Shown here in pieces: positions 37,992 through 49,000 of a stretch of DNA of 64,000 nt (position 1 is the first letter of the stretch; every line of letters begins with the position of its first letter). This DNA comes from Klebsormidium nitens (Eukaryota > Plantae > Klebsormidiophyceae): NCBI GenBank assembly GCA_000708835.1, contig DF237437.1:2628-66627 (forward strand), read 5' to 3'. The translations under genes were made by a program, and so were the position numbers. The notes under the pieces were generated by a model that worked only from the letters and a program-made list of their open reading frames with translations, did not search any database and was not told the DNA's origin.

Positions 37992-38385
37992 CAGAGGGCG
38001 CAAGCACCCAGGCAAAATAATTGAGCTCCAGTCGCGAGCAGACCATAGGCCCTAGGGGCTCCACCGCGGGGGTGTCCACAAAATTTTGCAGGCGTCTTAT
38101 ATGGTATTTTAGCAACATTTTGCACCGATTTTTGGGTCCGCCCGGCCGGTGGAGCCTCTGGTGTCGTTTGAAGAGTGGACCCATGTCTGCGTTTACCAGC
38201 TAAAACTCCTTTTTTTGGCTGTTGAGAAACATGGTCAGCTAGCACCAGAATTTGGCGGAAACCTTTTGAGAGCATCAGACAACATATTGGAGCACTTTCG
38301 AACTTGTGGGCACCTGAGAATGCAAGGACCCGTCCACTTACAATTCTGCTCGCACGAGGATTTTGCCTGGTGCTTGCGCCCTCTG
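37992..38385. mobile_element. Non-autonomous hAT-type DNA transposon (MITE), 394 bp
   Basis: Left TIR CAGAGGGCGCAAGCACCCAGGCAAAAT and right TIR ATTTTGCCTGGTGCTTGCGCCCTCTG differ by one C indel. The exact 8-bp direct repeat GCTACAGG flanks both sides (37984-37991 and 38386-38393). Internal inverted segments GCGAGCAGA/TCTGCTCGC and GGCTCCACCG/CGGTGGAGCC are present. No transposase. Confidence 0.88.
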
Positions 38386-38813
38386 GCTACAGGTTTGCAT
38401 GGAGCGACACAAACCGAGCCCTGGCACCCGCTCCGACTTTCAGATGTCAATCGCGTCAACATGTCCTTATTACGTGCCCCCATGACACTAAGTTCTGTAC
38501 CGTCGCCGACAATGTTGGCACTGACTCTGAGCGGTGCCCTGCTGATTTGTTGGTCCGCGCGCGCCACATGTCATTCGGACTCATTCCGAGTGCAGTGCCA
38601 ATATTGCCAATTGGTGACGTGCCAGGGACTGTCACAGGCGCTGCAGCCTGTGGCAGGCTGCCGGCGAGCAAACACGGGGCCATCCGATTCCTATTCTCCG
38701 ATCCTGATCTCTGAGTCGACAGCAAAGCCAGGAAACCTGCGACGCAACTCACGCGTGGCGCCCTCCTTGTGCCTCACAAAGCACTTCTTCAATTGTGCAC
38801 GGACGCCCCAGCA

Positions 38814-41800
38814 ATGGAGGCCGCGGCGCTTGTCAACAAGGTGACCCTCCCTCATGTTGCCGTGCGCTCCGCGAATAGGAATCAAATTGCCGCCCGGGGC
38901 AAGGAGAGACCGTTATCGTCCTTCCTGTGCGGAGGATGCCTGAAGGCCTGGCGGCAGGCCCCCCTGCAAGCATTGAAAGCACCTCTTTCCAGACTTTCAG
39001 AATTCAACCAGAGCACTAGGCCTAAAAACGTTCGCAGAGTGCAAGCCTCGGCTGTGTTGTCAGGCAATGGGGTTTCGCAGACCCGCCTTAATCCAGTTAT
39101 TCCGGTTTTGCACAACGAGAAGGTAGAGACCGTGCACAACAAGGAAGGGCTAGAGAAAATCCTTGAGGAGGCAAAAGATCATCTTGTCGTTGTCGAGTAT
39201 GGAACCAGTGAATCTGACTCAGTTCAGCAGATGCATCCGGCATTAGTTAGCCTGGCCATAAGCTGCCCCGACGTGAAGTTTGCCCTTGTCCTGGGGGATG
39301 AGAGCGAGGAGACTGAGCTCCTTATGGACGAGGCCGAAGTCAAAACAGTGCCACACTTTGTGTTTTACAAGTGAGCACCCTCGTCTTACCTCTTCTTGGT
39401 CTCTGACTCTGTTTACAGCCCTTGTTAGTGGTTCTCTCGGCTCTTGAAAGGTTGGTCTCTGCTCCCTGGCTTGTGCATGTTCCCTCTGGCAACAGGAACA
39501 AGCAAACTACTGGGTAGGTATTCTATGTACTCAATCCAGTGTGTATCCCACCTACGAACACAATTCATGTTTCTCTGCTTGGTTTCCGGTACGCAACTTC
39601 TTTCCTTTCTTCTATTTCGTTCTGTGTTGCCTACTTGACAACTTTTCTTTTGTGGCCGGGCCCTTCTTTTCTTACGAGGTTGTTGGTTTGATCTCTGACC
39701 GCCAGTCACAGGCAGACTCTATTGTTCAGCCAGATGTTTTGATTCTTCTGCTCAACTCTTCTATGCAATAGCTTCTTGCAGCCTCTGTCAACAACTTGAG
39801 GACTTTCAAGGGTTTGTCCAAGGGTTTGTCTAACTATTTATAGGTAACTCGTAAAACTCTTCTACTCAGTTGTCCAGATCAAACCAGTGCAATCTAGAGC
39901 TTTTTCAAGAGTGGATACAGAAGCCTGAACTCAAGCAACCAGTCAAATTGGTTCAATCGCATCTTTGAAGATATCGTTGCTTGGAATTTGGAAATTTGCA
40001 CACCGTTTCAGGGACGTGTTCAAATTCTTGTGCGATGGCAGCCTGGTTAATCTGCCTGCGCTGGTTCGACGTCCCGATTCGAGGACCATCTGAGGCCTTC
40101 AAACGCTTTGGTTTGGGCCTCTCTATCTTCCTTGAGATAGATTGAGATTGTAGCCAACAGTTGACAACATGCACTAGGTGATCTGGTTTGCCAAACAAAA
40201 TCAGACAGCATTTCTATCATTTTGCAACATCGTCTCTTTCAAAGGGTGACTTCTGCATTGCTGGTTTAGGATTGGGCCATCCCAGGCTCAGATGGGTAGT
40301 AACGTAGTCCAACGGATCATTCCGAACAGATATTTCCAGTAATATTTTTCCAACAATCCGACCAGGAATGTGGAATTATGTATGCGGTTTCCGACCAGAA
40401 TCCAAGTGCCCTAAGTTAATACTTGAAGAAGCATCTTAGGGCTGATTTGGGCAGTTTTCTGCCTTCCCAGGACCATTTCAGATTTATTTAACCTTTCCGA
40501 TTTTCCACTTTCCGAACGGGAAATTTGAATTTCTGACTTTCCGACTGCAAATAATCATTTATTTATTCGGATTCATTACCTCAGACTACGGCACTGGTTA
40601 TGTGTAAGCTGACCAGCTTCTCCTGCTTGCCTAAGCTCATGGGTTTCCTTTCAACTACTGAGCTAAACCTTGGGCCACATATCACTCCTATTGTAAAGCC
40701 AGACGATTGTGCCCTTCCAACCTTCCCTGATCGCACCCAGTAAGGTGTTCAACAGTTATAGTTTGGAGAGGTGACGAGATTCTTTGACCACTGACCAGGT
40801 TGGGATAGAGGTTGTCGACCAGATGGAGATGCAGGCTCTGTAAGCTGTGCAAGCGTGGCATTCATTCATCCCGGTAACACATTTCGAAGTCAATTTTGCT
40901 GACTAACTTTCTCTTCTGCTTGACCGATCGATCAGAGTCCATCAATTGCACAAGCGGCTATCCACTATTCCTGACTATTTCTTTGTCTGCATAGTCGCTA
41001 ATCATCGTCCCTTCAATAACAGGAATGGTGTGAAGATCCACGAGGAGACTGGGATCAGCGAGGACATGTTGACGGGAGATGTGCTATACTATGGGGACAC
41101 GAGCAGTCAGGTGGTGGACATTCACAACCAGGCAGACCTGGACCGGCTACTGGACAACTCGGGGGACAAGCTGATTGTGCTTGACATGGGGCTCAAGTAC
41201 TGCGGGCCTTGCGTGAAGGTGAGGCAGGGTAGAACGTAGTCCTGGCTGATGTTTTGCAGAAGAGGTTGTTTTGTTTCAGGGCTGCGTAGCATACCAAGCA
41301 GTGCTTCTGGTAGGCGGAGTCGGGGGGCCTGCGTAAAGGTGTCATTGTCATTGGTTTCAGGCTGGTTTGAAGCTCCTCAGTATCGTAGGACTGCGGCAGT
41401 GTCTTGGGCCCATATTGTACGTTCACGAGACTATCCTTCTCGCATTTTGTTTGGGAGTATCCTCTGCAATCAAATTGGATCATGCAGGAGTGGCACTCAG
41501 CATCTGAAGCGATCTTATGGAGCTGGAGACGGAGCCTTTGAGGCTTCCACTCAAAAGACTGAGCACATCATAGCAACCCGCAGCACACCAGTCTCCCCTG
41601 GCCTTTGCAAGGCTGTCTTCTATTATCTCTGTTGAACCCTCGTACTTGTCCGGCCTTGTTTTAGGTGGCCAGTCCTTGTACCCTGTTTACTCACCCCATA
41701 AATCGGGTTTTGTGCGGCAGGTATATCCCACGGTTGTCAAGCTGGCCCGGAAGATGGCCGGTTTTGCCGTCTTTGCCCGGGTGATGGGGGACGAGAACGA

Positions 41801-41951
41801 GTGGTGCCAGGAACTTCTCCAGCGGAACAAGGTGCTCGAGGTGCCGACCTTCATTTTCCTGAAAGATAAGAAGCAGCAAGCGAGATATGTGGGTTCGTCT
41901 CGGGGCTCGTTGATTGGGGAGATCTTGAAGCTGCAGGGCTTATGCCAGTAG
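38814..41951 (+). CDS. CDSP32: Chloroplast two-domain thioredoxin CDSP32, ~327 aa, 3 exons
   Basis: Exons 38814-39370, 41023-41218 and 41721-41951. Transit-peptide-like N-terminus, then [57 protein letters not shown] and [15 protein letters not shown]. Confidence 0.94.
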
Positions 41952-43018
41952 ATTTAGGACTGCCAGGCGTAGCCTTAGAACTAGTTGATCTAGAAATCAA
42001 CAACAGATTAGTCGTTGCATCTGAGCTCGACAGGAGGCTAAAATACGATTATTTCATGGGCTTGATGCACCCGTCAACCGGGTTGCAGTCAAGGTCATCT
42101 GTAGTGGCAGGTCTCGTTGATTGGCAATAAAATCTGATCGGAAGCAGTCACGATCTAGTTGCTTGTAGCTAGGGGCCTCAAGTGGCCAGCGCGTGTGTTT
42201 TAGCATTGAAGGGGCTTAGCGCCTGTTAAAGGCTTGTCATGAACATTCACAACACTGGCCTATCAATGCACTTGTAAAGCTTTGTCAGTCTTGCTGCCAG
42301 TGCATACCATCCGCCTGTTGGCAGAGTTTTTGGGTCTCAGACGGCTCGGTGCAGTATTTTTGATTTGACGTACATACATGTGCATGTGATCACATATCCC
42401 TCCATTGTCAATCGCGTGGTGCTTTGACGTGTGGCGTGTGTAGTTGATTCATTTGGACAGCCCCGGAGCCAGCGTTTGATGCCATCCGGGTTGTAGTGCA
42501 GAAAACTGGCACATGTATTTTACCACTGAGATCGAATGGTCAGTATATATACATGCTAATTGACTGCAAACTGCATATGTGCATGCAAGCCTGTCACCAG
42601 CCAATGGCCATCAATTGGACATGCAGGACAAGTTGCACTGAAGCAAGTGACCTACATGCGCCTAGCTAAAAATTGCAGCTTTGCTCAATGCATGTCAGTG
42701 GCTCAGGTTGAGGATATAAAAGCAAGTCACCAGCTAGCAAGGTTGTAAAACATGCTGTAAGAGCTGTTGAGACCGGATCCACATTCATTCTGGCCGGCCA
42801 ACATCGTTGCGCATGGACGATTCGATGCTAGTCATGTGAAGAGTTAACCAACGCTTTCGCGCGTACTTGGGATGGCAGTTGAATCTGCATGGAGCCGTAC
42901 GGCTTCGCTAGCCTTCATCTAGATAGATCAGAGTTCTCCCGTTTCGGGAACATTGAATGTCGACACAGACATCCACTTCGATCAACAAACAGACACAAGC
43001 GAGACACGTGACTCTCCG

Positions 43019-46000
43019 TTACGTGCTCTGCCGACTCGCCCGTCGCACCGCGCCGCCCTTGCTCGGCGACCTGGCCCCTTGGTCCGGCCAGCTTAGTGGT
43101 CGCCCGTCGTCCCTCCGCTCCTCCCCCCCGTCTCGATGCCCCAATAGTTCCCTCAGCATCCGTTCGGCATCCACTTGCACGACCCCCTCCATCTCCTCAT
43201 CCGACGCCGCCATCAGCTGCTCAAACGACAGCGCTTCGTACTCTTTCTTCTTCCGCTCCTTTTTACTTTTCGACTGTTTCAGCTCCTTCCGTTGCTCCCT
43301 CAGAACCGCCCCCCCGTCGCTGCTCCTCCTCGGTTCACCGGGCGCCCGTCTCGCCCCCGACCCGCCATCCAATTCGATTCTCGTCCCCGCACCCCCCAGG
43401 CTGACGCACCGCCGCCCGTTGCTGACGTCACCGTTCGTGGACACGTGGCCGTTGGCCGGCCGGTCTCGCCGCCCCTCTGAGAAAAAGTCGTCCAGTTCGC
43501 TCGACAATATGGAGGACGTCTGAGAGATGCGCCGCTCGGAACGGGCCCCGGTCACAGAGGCCTTGTCTTCCAGCCGCGCACCTGAATCAGAGCCGCAAAT
43601 CATCACGCATAAGCAAGAAACAGGGCCTTTCCCCAGGCACAGATTGTTGGTAGCCAATGATCGTAAGAAAGTCGCTCGTCAGGAGGCAACACCTCAACAC
43701 CTGTTCAGCGGCAACTGACCATGGTTCAGAATATGACTGGAAGCAGTCGTTGAGTATTGCGTCATTTTCTTTCATCGCTTTTTCTCTCTATGTAGACTTC
43801 CGTCGACCGAACGTGTCTCAGGGCCACTTTCTCAACACATGACCTGACAAGTCTCGATTAAGCAGACATTAAGTCTGCAGTTTGACCCACGTCACACCCC
43901 CAACGTAAGAGCCTACCTTACGTTAAAGCTTAGATGGAACTCGATATGCACCGGATCGGCGCCAATAAGGTGCCCGGAAACCAAACTTGGCTTATCCTAG
44001 GGCTAAAGGGGCCGCATCCTCTCAAATCGGGGACAGGAGAACTGCACCGCAAAGAAGCTGAGCCTGGAGTTCGTTTAAAATCTAGGGACATAACCGAATT
44101 CAAGGGTTCAATATCTGGCCGTCCGGTTCGGAGGCTGCCCGACCGTTATGAGACGTGCAGAATCCAGATCGATAAATGTACTGTCGATCTGAGATTGATT
44201 GGCTGATGCCACCAGATTCCGACCGGCCCCAGCCTCAGCCCCTATCCGGTACCCACTCACTGTGTATCCCACTTGATTGTCACATTCGGAAGTCCATTCT
44301 CCAACAAGCTGTCCTGAACGCAAAAGAATTTACTAAAAGATCCGAACCAGTGACTTACACCAGAAAATCATGATAGAGAGTGCTTTTGGGGACTCACTCG
44401 CGATGCGCTCCGCGACGCGTTCGCCCTGCACGATCGAGCGCAGGCGCGCGGCGGGCGTGTGCGCCTCCGCGCTGGAGCCGAGCGCGAGGCGCGACATGAC
44501 GTATGACATCAGCTCCTGCTTGTTCTCAAACGTGAAGTCCAGGTGCGCGAAAGCGAACTCCTTGATCGACACCTGCGAAGAACGGATTTATCTACTTAAG
44601 CAGCTGTGTAGGGACGAAACGTGCGGTGTTGCCGCCATTGTCGGGAGGCCCAGGTGCGGAAAAAGAAGTCCTTGATTGAGCCCTGCCAAGACCGGAACGG
44701 CGTCGATGCGCAGCTGTGCTTCGGACGAGGACGCAGAATAGGAGGCGCTGCGGCGGGTGAAGTTTGTCGATGAACGTGAAGTCCAAGTGCGTGAACGCGC
44801 AAGTGCTTGATTGACGTTTGCGGCGAAGGAGGCGCCAGCCTTCGTTGACAGATCGGCAACTGATCCGCAGTTGCCTCCCATTTACGGATTGTATATCATC
44901 GACTAACCAGTTCTTTGAGAAGTTTGTTGCCAAGTAACGAGGAGACGGCTGATGGGGCGAAACATTTTTAAAGGGCTGTGACAAGAAGCTGTGAGATTGG
45001 ATGACGGGCAGATGCGAGAAAAGAGTCGCAATATCAGTGTGCGGGTCAGTGCTTTCCAGGAAACTCTCTTCTCCAGCCTGGTGCACGCACTCAATGAAAG
45101 AAAGGATCACACGCGCCAGATTACATCTCATCTCAAGGAAACACCGGGAGAGAAAACAAGACCCTCCTTACAGGTGGTCATAAACCAAAGTAAGAAGATC
45201 AAAGCGAACACGCGCGCACCTCGACGCCGTTGCGGCGCATGTTGTTGTAGTGCTTGTAAATCATCTCCGCCGGGATGAGCCCGTCCTTGGTCCCCACCAC
45301 CAGATCCACCGGGATGTCAATCAGGTTGTAGTGCGCGCCGATGTTGAGCGGCGCTGCCGTACCGTACCGCCGCAGGTTTTTAGCACGCCCGTAGTCGAAC
45401 AGCTGGAACCGCTTATACTGCACGTTGGGGGAAACATCAGGTCAGAGTGCAAGAGAAGGATACCTTCCGGTGACGGGTAAACGACCTCCCGTTTGCGAAA
45501 GCACGGGAAAAAGATGTTGAGCGGCAAGACTGTGTCGTATGTCTGCAGAGTCTTGGGACGCCCGTAGTCGAATAGCTGGAACCGCTTGTACTGCAACGGC
45601 CTAAGGAAAGTCGTTGACCAGGAGCAGAAGAGACGATGAGAGGAATAGACTTCGTTAAAAAAATGCCAGGGTGAGAAGGATTCACCAAACACTCAAAAAT
45701 GTCGTCTCAACATGCATAGAAGGTGTCCGCTGCGAAATGTTGGTGCGATTGCAATCGGCCAGCACAAAACCAGGACCCTTTTCAAAGGCATCAATCAGAG
45801 TAAAATACTTCTCCCAGAATTTTTGACACAATTGTCCGCGCTCACCCGTTTGCACTGGCGCAGGTGACTCGCGAGGTATGACTGCACTAAGTCCTTGTTA
45901 CGGAAGCAACATTCGACTCCCCTTCAGGGGAGTTGAGAATTCGAGATTCTCAATCCTTCCCTCCGCATTCATCAGGTCGGCTTGTCTGCGCTCACCCATT

Positions 46001-49000
46001 TGCACTGGCGCAGATGGCTGGCGACCATGAAGGCAATGCCGGGCATGTTCTGGGCGCTGTAGTGAGGCAGCTCCAGCGCGTCAATCCAATTGCTGTCGTC
46101 GCCCCCCAGGATGAACGTCCGGATCAGAACCTGCAGACACTTAGGCACACCGTTGAATGAGCCCGTGGCGGTGTGCGAATTGTCAAGTTGACCAAGCACC
46201 ATTTACTGCACTTTTTCAAGCTAATTTCCTATATGCAGGATGAACGTCCAGATCAGAACCTGCGGGCGACGCACACCGCTGGATGAGCCACGAGGCGCTG
46301 AGTAGACGATTGGTGTAAACGAGCGCCGCTTATTACGTTCTGTCGATTGCCAACCTGCCTTGTTACCTTTTATTCGGGGACCATCCGTGAAGATGAGGGC
46401 TTGCAAAACGAGGGACGTACTGCCAGGCCAGGTGCGAAAGGAATACGTTACAAAGTTGACGTGAAAGGACAACAAAATATCAAATGTCCAACTCTTGAAC
46501 AATACAGTCAACACGATGAAGCGCGCGACCAAATCAAAAGAAAGCGGCCTTCACAAGAGTTGCCACCGCGGACCAAGGTTTCCGAGACCAGGGAAATGGC
46601 TGCTCGTCCATCAAGATCTAAAAGCACTCAGGATAGTGACGCAGCACTCTGAACTCGAAGTCCAACCTGCAAACGGTGGATTATCAGAACGAGGACATCA
46701 AACGCGACTTTGGCAGAGGCATTGAGGAGGACCCCAAAACAGCGTCTGATCCGACCATATCTGACTCACTTTGAGCTGGATGCTCAAGTGCTTGGAAATC
46801 GTCATGGCCGCTCTGTGGTGTCTCTCAAAGCCGTTGCGGTCTTGCAGATCGCACACTGAAGAGGCGAGTATAAGGGCACGGCCAACTGGTGAAAGGGGGG
46901 CGGAATGTCCAGGGGGGCTTATTGGCGTGAAAAGTGGCGATACCGTCTACAGGCATCGAAGCTGGCGGGACAGCTTTGTCAAGACTTGCGGACAGAAGTG
47001 AAATTATGTAGAACCACCTGCTGTCTCCAAAACGAAAGGGGTGTTGTTGCATCGTGCATGCCATCAGATCGCCGCAATCGAGGTCACTCCAGAAAATCTT
47101 TCTCCATACGCTTCTCTTTGCTAAAACGCGTGTGTTGAGGACTGGCGGCGTCGTCATATCCGAGCAATCGAACCAAGAGCTCGATCTGCACTACTATCAT
47201 TGCCGCGCTCCTCTCTCCGAGTAGACGTGCAGCGATTTTGAGAGAGCTTTCGGAAAGCAAGGCAATAAAGGAAGAGAAGGAAAAGCACATATAGCAAGGG
47301 TCGCGTGGCTCAGATTCGAACATACGAGAATTGGGATAAAACGAGGTTGGCAAAGGAAAAACTTCTCAACCAGACACAAAGGTACACGCCCTTGGTTGCT
47401 ACCACAGCGTTGGCCAGAAAGGAGTGGCAGCGCAAATCCAAACCTTGCTGTACGGCTGAACATTCAATATGGAAGGCGGGCAGAACTTTAGTACATGGCA
47501 ACTGTGCTTTACAAACCAAAACAGGAACGAGTTGAGCTTCTGAAAGAAAGCTTTGACGAAAGGTGGTACGATGTAGAGAACTCGCCGGAAGTGCGTTGCC
47601 AGGCTAAATTCGAACTCCGACAGAGTATCTTGTGCAGGATTGACCAACCGCAGGAAGCTTCGGGTACACCACTCGGTTTTTTGAGGGCTCATTTCACGAT
47701 ATGCAGGAACTTGTGAAGATCATCAAGAGCCTAAGCAACCTAGAAACAGGTCGTTGTTGTCAACTGGAGACTTTCCCTCTTCCAGAGTGTGCATCCGATA
47801 AGGATAGCCACAAACGGGTACCGGCGCAAGCACCGGGGAACCGCTCAGGATGCAACTGTTCACTCTCTACTGCCGTGTTGGTTGCACTATCTAATATACC
47901 CTAATGCGGTTCGAAATTTCCCAGGGCGCACACTTTTAATTGCGACGGTAAGGGAGGGCAGTTACGTGAGATTGGCCACAGAAAGGAAGGCTCCAGACGC
48001 AATCCAGCAGTCCAGTGCACTAAGGTGAAGCCCAATACAATAGGCCGAAAACCCCGAGGCGCTACAATCAGCAGAAGCTGGCTATAACGCGTTTGCAAAC
48101 TGCTACGATAGGCAGAAGCAAGTTTTACTATGATTACGCAACTGCCGATTCACAATCGGCAGCATTGTCAAAGACCCGGGGACCAGATTGTGGTGCCAGC
48201 TGATGACGTAATTGGCAAATCTTTCCCGTACAAATTTCGCCTCCCACGGGGCTTCAAGATGCAGCTAGGTGACTGAGCAGAAAGCTCGTACCTCGAAAGT
48301 CCTCTTTGCCCCGCTTCGCAGGTCGCTTGCAGGTCGCAAGCTACTGCGACTGCTCCCAGAAGAATTGCGGCAATATTGACCTCACCACCTCGACCAACTG
48401 AATTGGTAAGATACAAGACTCATCGGCACGGAGTGCAAGTGGAGTTGGTGGCAGAGATAGCTTAGAAACGGTCAACAAGTGCCAAGGGTGTGCGCCAATC
48501 AGGGCGTGAAGAGCACCCCCAAAGTCGATGGAAGCGGCCCCCCCCTGCGTGCATAACTGCTTTGGAGCGGTACAGAAAGACATTCAGGCAAACCCAGCTT
48601 GGAGCAAAAAGTTGGTGAAACTCGACGGTGTAAGACAAGGAGAGACAATCGGATCTCGATCGGCAGCTTCGCGATGGAATAACCTCTTGAAACCAGTTGA
48701 ATAACCATGGAGTTCGGCTCCTCCGACCGAAGAACACTCAGGGGCTCAGAGGTTCGCAAAGCCACAATGGCTTGAGAGGCCCAAAGCTCGAAATATCATT
48801 GCTACAAGCAACAACCGGTCTCAAAACCAAGAGTTGGCAACCAGGGCAAGCGGCAGGCGGAAAATAGGAGAGCACCAACTTCTCGCTGTGAACACTTTGC
48901 CCAGGGCTGATATGATGAGCGAAAGTCAAGTTTTAAGAGCACTGCTTCCAGATTCTGGCTGCTGCTGCACGGCCTCAGAGTGACACGGATATTGAGCAAC

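Noticed and set aside
38149-38844. 231-aa plus-strand ORF as a possible transposase or CDSP32 extension
   Set aside because: It starts inside the MITE, has no DDE/hAT motifs, and is in a different frame from CDSP32.
42957-43523. Plus-strand ORFs opposite the last lipase exon
   Set aside because: Antisense shadows. The minus frame is phase-compatible with the 44398 donor and is taken as the real exon.
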